A stretch of 31,704 nt of DNA, from the IMG/VR virus record IMGVR_UViG_3300000970_000007, positions 89,311 through 121,014 of that record; one strand, given 5' to 3'. Under the pieces are notes generated by a model, which was not told the DNA's origin, made no database searches, and saw nothing but the letters and a program-made list of their open reading frames with translations. Made by a program: the position numbers and the translations under genes. This document shows positions 25,910 to 31,704 of this stretch, one piece after another. The stretch's first letter is position 1. The number at the start of each line of letters is the position of its first letter. The DNA comes from a virus.

Positions 25910-26608
25910 CTAAAATTTAAATATTGTTAATCCACCTCCAATTCCAACATAGGGAGATAGTCCACCTTTAGTTATTCCATACCCTGCTTGTACTCCTAGT
26001 GTAAATCTTTGAGGTTTTTGTTTTACTTGATATGTTCTTAATTCTTTAGTTTTTGTATAAGGATTATGGTTTGTTACATTAGCATAGGGTTTTCTTTTTT
26101 TAAATAACCCTTGTTTTTCATAACCTAACACTATATCATATTTATTAGTAAACTTTAAATTAAGACTTGTAGTGTCTTTTCTAGCCATTATAGTGTAGTC
26201 TATCCACTCATTATTGAACTTACTCTTATACAAAACATTAGAGTCCTTATCTTGATAAATATTAGTTATAGTAGAATTATCTATAGTAGTTTCTCCTTCT
26301 AAAATTGTAGCTGATCCAAAATTTTTAATAAGATTCCTATTATCTTTAACTAATTTTTGTAAATCTTTTAAAGTAGAGTCTTGGAGCTCCATTCTAGTGA
26401 ACATTTTGGTATTGTAAGTTTCTATAACTTCTCTTTTAGCTACCTCTTGTCCTAACTTGTTTTTACTTATTTCTAATTTAGAAGTTAAAGATGTTAATAA
26501 ACCTTTACTTTCATTAAGTTGACTACTTTTAGAAAAATAGTTTTTAACAAATATAATTAAAAGTACTGTTAAAAAAATCAGTAATACATTTTTAGTTTTA
26601 TCCTTCAT
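25910..26608 (-). CDS. Membrane-anchored, putative spanin-like lysis protein
   Basis: N-terminal TM helix, coiled coil, and C-terminal Gly-rich amphipathic beta strands ending in Phe. Confidence 0.55.
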   Translation of the reverse strand: MKDKTKNVLLIFLTVLLIIFVKNYFSKSSQLNESKGLLTSLTSKLEISKNKLGQEVAKREVIETYNTKMFTRMELQDSTLKDLQKLVKDNRNLIKNFGSATILEGETTIDNSTITNIYQDKDSNVLYKSKFNNEWIDYTIMARKDTTSLNLKFTNKYDIVLGYEKQGLFKKRKPYANVTNHNPYTKTKELRTYQVKQKPQRFTLGVQAGYGITKGGLSPYVGIGGGLTIFKF

Positions 26609-26897
26609 ATTTTTCTAGTTTTTCTTTCAAAAATAATACTTCATCTTCTAGTTCATTCACGGTTTCTTCTGAATATTCCAGTTTTTCTTCTAATCTTTGT
26701 ACATCTGCTTTTAAGTCATCTAATTCTTCAGCTTTAACAAAACCTTGGTTTATACTTTCATTGAACATTTCTAATAGTCTCCATTTAAACTTTTTAACGT
26801 CCAAGGTGTCAGGGTGTAAATTTAGTTTATTTAAAAACTGTTCGTATTCAAAATCTAATTCTTGAGTATATTGGTATTTTATTTCTTGCGTGTCCAT
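26598..26897 (-). CDS. Coiled-coil hypothetical protein
   Basis: 99-aa ORF. Confidence 0.75.
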   Translation of the reverse strand: MDTQEIKYQYTQELDFEYEQFLNKLNLHPDTLDVKKFKWRLLEMFNESINQGFVKAEELDDLKADVQRLEEKLEYSEETVNELEDEVLFLKEKLEKYEG

Positions 26898-26898
26898 A

Positions 26899-27258
26899 TT
26901 ATTGATTGTATTTTAATTCACTCTTTAAATCAAATATTTCTATTTCTAAATCTTCACATTTTTGCTACTCTTCTTTCAACTGTTCGGTTACATCATGCAG
27001 TTCATTATCTAAACTATCTAATTGTTTTTCAGCTTGACTCCTCATATCAGAATTTAATTGTCTAACCTTTTCAAACATGGAAACAAACTCTTCTACAAAA
27101 TAACATGCTGAATCTTTTATTAAATTCTTTTTATCTTCCTCACTATCACAATCTGGAATATCATGGAGGAAATCTTCTAATACATTTTTAGCTAAGTCTT
27201 TTAAATAACCTATGTTGTCATCTATGTAAGGACATGTATAATCGAAATCTAATTCCAT
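26899..27258 (-). CDS. Coiled-coil hypothetical protein with internal TAG at 26965-26967
   Basis: The frame continues QKCEDLEIEIFDLKSELKYNQ* after the TAG and ends 1 nt before the next ATG. Confidence 0.65.
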
Positions 27259-27265
27259 AATTTAT

Positions 27266-27802
27266 TTACTTATCGTTACCCAGTTGTTTTAATTTACGTT
27301 GTGCATAGTCTATAATTTTTTCTAAGTCACTTTCATCTTGGTTCTTTTGTCTAAGCAAATATTTAAGTATGTTTCCTCTACAAAAATCAAGGTTCCAGTG
27401 TTCAATTAAATCTATAACATCCATGCCATTTACTTCTCTTGATGCATATCTGGTAGGTCTTTTACCATTAACCAAATTTTCTTCCTCTGTCACATTGCTT
27501 TTCTTCTCATTCTCAGAGGTTTTTAGAAAGTCTTTTATTTCCAATTGAGGAATTGTTTTATCCAATCCTAGCAGACCATGAGTCCATTCCTCCCTATTAT
27601 AAGGGTAACTTCTTATGAAGTTAATACTAGGAAGTTGTTTTAAAGTCTCTTCAAAGGTAGTGTCTTTATATTCACCTTCATAATCTTTTGGAAAAACTTT
27701 TTTTAAAATAGCATCTACATCTTCTAAGGAGGTGTTGTGATCTATAACTAGGCACACTTCTCCTTTTTTCAATTGTTTTAGACTCTTCTCGTTAAATTTC
27801 AT
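27266..27802 (-). CDS. DUF3310 (T7 gp1.7 nucleotide kinase-like) domain protein
   Basis: C-terminal RPTRY...DVIDLIEHWNLDFCRGNILKYLLR...DLEK..DY. Confidence 0.7.
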   Translation of the reverse strand: MKFNEKSLKQLKKGEVCLVIDHNTSLEDVDAILKKVFPKDYEGEYKDTTFEETLKQLPSINFIRSYPYNREEWTHGLLGLDKTIPQLEIKDFLKTSENEKKSNVTEEENLVNGKRPTRYASREVNGMDVIDLIEHWNLDFCRGNILKYLLRQKNQDESDLEKIIDYAQRKLKQLGNDK

Positions 27803-27803
27803 A

Positions 27804-28298
27804 TTACTTCTCAATTAGTTCCATGTTATGAGGACATTCTCTATTTCCTCCAAAATACACGCCTAGTTTTGTTTTAATGTTAAATTTACTAGGAAAGTCA
27901 TATTGTATGTTACATGATTCTTTCCCATTTACAAATATACGATAAAAGTTTTGTTTCCAGTTCATTCTTATTGACAAATTTACTTCATCTCCAATTTTTA
28001 CAGAACCAATGTATCTACTACTTCTATCTTTATCGTTATAGTCATACGCATATAAAGCTATATTGTTCATGTATAAATCATATCTCCAACCTAATCTAAT
28101 TGAATTTTTATGATGATTTAAACCAAGTCCTATACCAAATAATTTATTAACATCTAATTGATCTACAGTACCTAAATCGTATCTACAACTTTCTGTGAAT
28201 ATAAATGTTTTAGTTATTCTAGTTGGAGAATAGCAGTAGAATTTAGGTTTCCACTCATTTGAATAGTACCTTCCCTTTTTAATTTTTATTTTTTTCAT
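27804..28298 (-). CDS. Hypothetical beta-rich protein
   Basis: 164-aa ORF with NKLFG, HHKNSIRLGWRY and YFGGN. Confidence 0.8.
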   Translation of the reverse strand: MKKIKIKKGRYYSNEWKPKFYCYSPTRITKTFIFTESCRYDLGTVDQLDVNKLFGIGLGLNHHKNSIRLGWRYDLYMNNIALYAYDYNDKDRSSRYIGSVKIGDEVNLSIRMNWKQNFYRIFVNGKESCNIQYDFPSKFNIKTKLGVYFGGNRECPHNMELIEK

Positions 28299-28308
28299 AT
28301 TTGTATTC

Positions 28309-28518
28309 TTAAACTCTAAAGTAATGAATAAACCACTTCATTCCTAATAAACTATAATGAAAACTTATAAGATAAGTAACTATACCTAATATTTCCCAAT
28401 AAATTATTTTTATTTTTAAAAATTTATTCTTGTGTTTTAAAAATGAGTAATATTTTAAAGTTAGCCTAGTGCTTACATAAGCATAAATTATAAAAAGTGG
28501 TATTACAAAGTATTCCAT
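28309..28518 (-). CDS. Small two-TM membrane protein
   Basis: Two hydrophobic segments. Confidence 0.65.
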   Translation of the reverse strand: MEYFVIPLFIIYAYVSTRLTLKYYSFLKHKNKFLKIKIIYWEILGIVTYLISFHYSLLGMKWFIHYFRV

Positions 28519-28523
28519 AATGT

Positions 28524-29057
28524 CTAAATTTTTATTAATCCTTTTTTTACTCTAGCAATATAATTTAAAATTATTTCATTATGTTCTTGATTATTAATAG
28601 GAACACAGGTAACTTCTAATTGACCTTTACAATAGGGTATGGCTTCTTCTTTTGGGTATACACCTGCCACATGTTTATATGATACATATCCAGAGTTATT
28701 CCAAGAATAAAATTTACCTCCTTTCTTTTTATAACAGTGTGTTATAGATTTATCCTTCATATAGTAATCTAGTAGTATGTCATTTTTATGTATATCTTCA
28801 TAATATTTCAACCTCTCTCTGGTATAAATTTCTCCTTTATATAAAACTTTATCTTGACTCTTACACCTTTTTACAGGTAAATTCAAAAATGTTATCTCTT
28901 CTCCATAGATGTTTTTAACGTCATCTAGGTGTTTCCATATTTTCATTTTAGCTTTACCCCTAGTTTCTGCATGCTCTATAATGTCTTCATAAAACCAAGG
29001 TTCTTCTATATTTTCAGTATTGAATATATAAGCTTTTTCTATTATTTCTAATTTCAT
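28524..29057 (-). CDS. Hypothetical protein
   Basis: 177-aa ORF containing AETRGKAK and NSGY...AGVY. Confidence 0.8.
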   Translation of the reverse strand: MKLEIIEKAYIFNTENIEEPWFYEDIIEHAETRGKAKMKIWKHLDDVKNIYGEEITFLNLPVKRCKSQDKVLYKGEIYTRERLKYYEDIHKNDILLDYYMKDKSITHCYKKKGGKFYSWNNSGYVSYKHVAGVYPKEEAIPYCKGQLEVTCVPINNQEHNEIILNYIARVKKGLIKI

Positions 29058-29072
29058 AATTTTATTTTTTGT

Positions 29073-29102
29073 TAAAGTTAACCCTATATTTTATTATTCC
29101 AA
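29073..29102 (-). promoter_or_regulatory. Bacteroidota-type promoter
   Basis: Minus strand reads TTG-N19-TAACTTTA. Confidence 0.55.
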
Positions 29103-29104
29103 AG

Positions 29105-29147
29105 AAAAACCACCTAAAAAATTGAATTAACAATCTGATAGGTGGTT
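29105..29147 (-). terminator. Intrinsic terminator
   Basis: Minus strand reads AACCACCTA...TAGGTGGTTTTT. Confidence 0.65.
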
Positions 29148-29160
29148 AAACATTTTAATT

Positions 29161-29250
29161 CTACTTCCAAAATTTCCAAGGTTTCTTTATTACTAAATGT
29201 ATCATTATGAATACAGGTAACAATAATATTACAAATAAAAGACCTATCAT
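29161..29250 (-). CDS. 29-aa single-TM peptide (not in ORF track)
   Basis: MIGLLFVILLLPVFIMIHLVIKKPWKFWK, with an ATGA overlap with the upstream gene. Confidence 0.55.
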   Translation of the reverse strand: MIGLLFVILLLPVFIMIHLVIKKPWKFWK

Positions 29251-29702
29251 TGTTTTATTCTATAATCATTCTTATTGAACCAGTCTGAGTCAATTAACCC
29301 TTTGTAAATATCATAAGGTTGGTATAACATACCAAAGGAGAAGGATAATATTATAAATAGTAAAGCTAATCTTTCTAAAGGTAATTCTACAGTAGGTAAC
29401 AGAACAGATACGCCTAAAGGTGCTAAGATGGCTATAACAGTAATTATTTTTAAAAATATTGATCTAGTTTTGAAGAACCATTCTAAGTAAGCAGGAGCAT
29501 TATTCTCATTATTTCTCCTATAATCAGCACAATAAATCAACATGTGTAAAGTGTAAAGAGGAGTAACTACTGCAAGTACTCCTGCTAAAATGTTCGTAAT
29601 CAAGTATTCACCTTTATTAAAGGTTAAGTTTAATATTAGTGCTAAAGCTAATATTACGTTTTGTAGTATTACAAAGTCAATTCTTTTAAATAATTTTTTC
29701 AT
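29247..29702 (-). CDS. Four-TM membrane protein
   Basis: Four hydrophobic segments. Confidence 0.75.
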   Translation of the reverse strand: MKKLFKRIDFVILQNVILALALILNLTFNKGEYLITNILAGVLAVVTPLYTLHMLIYCADYRRNNENNAPAYLEWFFKTRSIFLKIITVIAILAPLGVSVLLPTVELPLERLALLFIILSFSFGMLYQPYDIYKGLIDSDWFNKNDYRIKQ

Positions 29703-29742
29703 AATTTATTTTTTAACAGTAATCATTTTAATTACTGTTCTG

Positions 29743-29750
29743 TAAATGTA
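29743..29750 (-). promoter_or_regulatory. -7 promoter-like element
   Basis: Minus strand TACATTTA in the intergenic gap, followed by a 9-bp inverted repeat. Confidence 0.45.
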
Positions 29751-29759
29751 ATATAATTT

Positions 29760-30254
29760 TTATTCTATTCCTAAATATTCTGAAAGTTTATAAATGAATT
29801 TAGTTTTTTCTGTACATAATGGTATTAGTTTTTTATATCGTTCACAAGCAATTTTCCAAGCATTAGGTAATTCTGTTTCTAACTTTTCAAACTCATTTTT
29901 AAACAACCTATTGTCAAGTGTTGTGTGTTCCTGAAGAGTAAGATAAATGTAATTATCTAGGTTAGCCTGTAATGATTTATGCCTACCCTTATCTATTAAA
30001 TGGCAGATTGACTCTCTACCAGGATTGTAAATAGGTAAACCTGTTTCCTCTGAATGTATACACCTTCCTATATGGTATTCAAAATAAACATCTCGATCTT
30101 TACTTCTCTCTTTCTTTTTAGCAGAAGTTTTTTTAGTTATTTGTTTTGGTTTACCATAAGACTTCTGAGCACATTGTTTACAACGTTTTCGACTGAAATG
30201 TGGTCTATCATCTCTACCACATACAATGCACTTTTTATTTTTAGGCTTTATCAT
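29760..30254 (-). CDS. Zinc-finger/HNH-like nuclease (NinG-like)
   Basis: CIVC...CKQC and ICHLIDK...NLDNYIYLTLQEHTTLD. Confidence 0.6.
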   Translation of the reverse strand: MIKPKNKKCIVCGRDDRPHFSRKRCKQCAQKSYGKPKQITKKTSAKKKERSKDRDVYFEYHIGRCIHSEETGLPIYNPGRESICHLIDKGRHKSLQANLDNYIYLTLQEHTTLDNRLFKNEFEKLETELPNAWKIACERYKKLIPLCTEKTKFIYKLSEYLGIE

Positions 30255-30436
30255 GAGTATACTAAATTAAATTCTTCTGTTTCTAAGACTTCTTTTAAGT
30301 AATCTATTTGGTTCTCTAAATACATACAACCCCAAGGATCTTGTCTGTCATAACGTAAATTGGACAATTCCTCTTCTAATTTTATAATTTCATCTTGTAT
30401 AAGATTAAATTGTTCTTTTGAAATTTCTAATATCAT
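30251..30436 (-). CDS. Hypothetical protein
   Basis: 61-aa ORF with an ATGA overlap. Confidence 0.65.
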   Translation of the reverse strand: MILEISKEQFNLIQDEIIKLEEELSNLRYDRQDPWGCMYLENQIDYLKEVLETEEFNLVYS

Positions 30437-30517
30437 TGGTATCTTTTTATAATTTTTAATTTATCTATATAATAAGCAATTTCTTCAAGGTATCTACTTT
30501 TTCGTATAACTAATCGC

Positions 30518-31120
30518 TTAATTTTTATACAATATTTTTCTAATATCAGGTTCTATAAAATTATTTGATTTAATAACTTTACCAACTGGCTTATCTTTAG
30601 TTAAAATAATTTCTCCTTCAATATGCTCAATATCATAAATAGTTTCATTACTACCATCGAAAATTGACACTCCATTTATAATTGACCTTCCTTTATCATC
30701 TAGTTTAGACATATTAGAACTCATTATCTCTGTAACAATTTCCTTAATATTTTCTTTAATTAGTCTATTTTTAGTAATGTTTAAATAAGCTCTTATTTGA
30801 TTTACAGAATCATTTATTATCTGACCCATCATTTGAAGTAAAACAACTTGCACTTCTTCAGGACTTCTTTCAATTAAATCAATAGTACCACTAATCACTA
30901 CTAACATATCTCCAATAGCATCTGCTTTCTCAATCAAAGATTCATTATTGTTTCTATTTAGTTTAACCTCATCTTGATATTCTTTTAGTTCTTCAGAAAA
31001 CAGCTCTACTCTTAGAGGTAGAAACGCTTTTGCCTCTTTTTCATTTTGAGGTGGTTGTACGTTAAAAGCAATATGCCAATCTTTAACTAAATCTTTTGTG
31101 TATTTTAATATTTCTTCCAT
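30518..31120 (-). CDS. MazG/PRA-PH-like NTP pyrophosphohydrolase
   Basis: VKDWH.AF, SEELKEY, ADAIGD, SNMSK and GKVIK...F.EPD. Confidence 0.85.
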   Translation of the reverse strand: MEEILKYTKDLVKDWHIAFNVQPPQNEKEAKAFLPLRVELFSEELKEYQDEVKLNRNNNESLIEKADAIGDMLVVISGTIDLIERSPEEVQVVLLQMMGQIINDSVNQIRAYLNITKNRLIKENIKEIVTEIMSSNMSKLDDKGRSIINGVSIFDGSNETIYDIEHIEGEIILTKDKPVGKVIKSNNFIEPDIRKILYKN

Positions 31121-31124
31121 TTTG

Positions 31125-31132
31125 TAAATGTA
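31125..31132 (-). promoter_or_regulatory. -7 promoter-like element, leaderless arrangement
   Basis: Minus strand TACATTTA lies 4 nt before the ATG at 31120. Confidence 0.45.
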
Positions 31133-31236
31133 TTATTTTATTTTAAATTTTCCTAATTGAATGGTTCATTATTCTAGTTGAGTTCAAGGTTGGTTACAAA
31201 TTTGTAATTATGTATATAAAGGTGTTATGTACAATA

Positions 31237-31500
31237 CTAAATCAGTCCTAAGTCGGTCATTATCTTATCAAACTCTTCATTAGAGTTCCACCATCCTTCC
31301 CATACTTTTTCGTCTTTATTGTTTTTAACTACATAATTCCAATAACCACCAAGTATTTTACATTTATCATTTTTATATTGTGGCATAGAATAACTCATTT
31401 GCCCCATATCATTACCTTCAATTGTATCAAAAACTTTAAACCCTTTACTCTTAATATGTTCACCTGTTACATATCCTGCACTATCTTTGTGTATATTCAT
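31237..31500 (-). CDS. Hypothetical protein in a cassette-like context
   Basis: ATG at 31500, 11 nt after GTTAGGC; 87 aa. Confidence 0.75.
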   Translation of the reverse strand: MNIHKDSAGYVTGEHIKSKGFKVFDTIEGNDMGQMSYSMPQYKNDKCKILGGYWNYVVKNNKDEKVWEGWWNSNEEFDKIMTDLGLI

Positions 31501-31511
31501 AACCGTACTGT

Positions 31512-31642
31512 GCCTAACAAAATATAAAAACAAAAGCTATTATTAGGCTATTTATAAAACTTTTGATTGTTAATTAATTTAATTCTTTAACTCTGAGTTT
31601 TTGTCTACTTACACGCTTCAATTTTTATACAAACCGTTAGAG
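31512..31642 (-). mobile_element. Integron attC-like recombination site
   Basis: Minus strand reads CTCTAAC-GGTTTG-TATAAAAA-TTG-AAGC...GCTT-TTG-TTTTTATA-TTTT-GTTAGGC, a 131-bp imperfect inverted repeat with R/L box layout. Confidence 0.6.
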
Positions 31643-31704
31643 CACATTAACATTATATAAACCCAATTAATTTTTAAGGGTTCGTACTACTTCAATAGCA
31701 GTTT

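Noticed and set aside
26862-30302. Plus-strand ORFs 26862-27065, 27914-28099 and 30054-30302
   Set aside because: They are antisense to a tightly packed minus-strand gene block and have atypical composition.
1-31704. Genome-wide stop codon reassignment (code 15 or code 4)
   Set aside because: All long genes are intact under code 11, and many genes end naturally at TAG or TGA, including ATGA overlaps. Only single isolated internal stops were seen.

Overview
AT-rich fragment of a large tailed dsDNA phage genome. A Bacteroidota (probably Flavobacteriia-like) host is inferred from about a dozen TTG/TAG-N19-20-TAnnTTT(G/A) sigma-ABfr-type promoters, A-rich leaders lacking Shine-Dalgarno sites, and signal peptides followed by Gln. 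Positions 1-24155 form a plus-strand replication and nucleotide-metabolism module. It encodes family A DNA polymerase (C-terminal part), an HNH/NUMOD1 homing endonuclease, PolB-like 3'-5' exonuclease, C5 and N6/N4 methyltransferases, a PD-(D/E)XK nuclease, class Id-like NrdB/NrdA, a PAPS-reductase-like protein, an apparently permuted GHKL ATPase, DnaB helicase, a secreted GH73 hydrolase, prim-pol and an SF2 helicase. A Seg-like GIY-YIG endonuclease sits within it in the opposite orientation. Positions 24303-31704 form a convergent minus-strand block of mostly small genes, including a spanin-like protein, a DUF3310 protein, an HNH-like nuclease and a MazG-like pyrophosphatase. The most notable observations are: an integron attC-like element flanking a cassette-like gene at the right end; short GC3-rich synonymous codon patches on conserved catalytic motifs, possibly giving homing-endonuclease immunity; a candidate pseudoknotted 3'-UTR RNA; leaderless promoters; and four interrupted accessory genes. 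No tRNA, rRNA, CRISPR array or integrase was seen. All calls come from motif recognition by eye, with no database searches.
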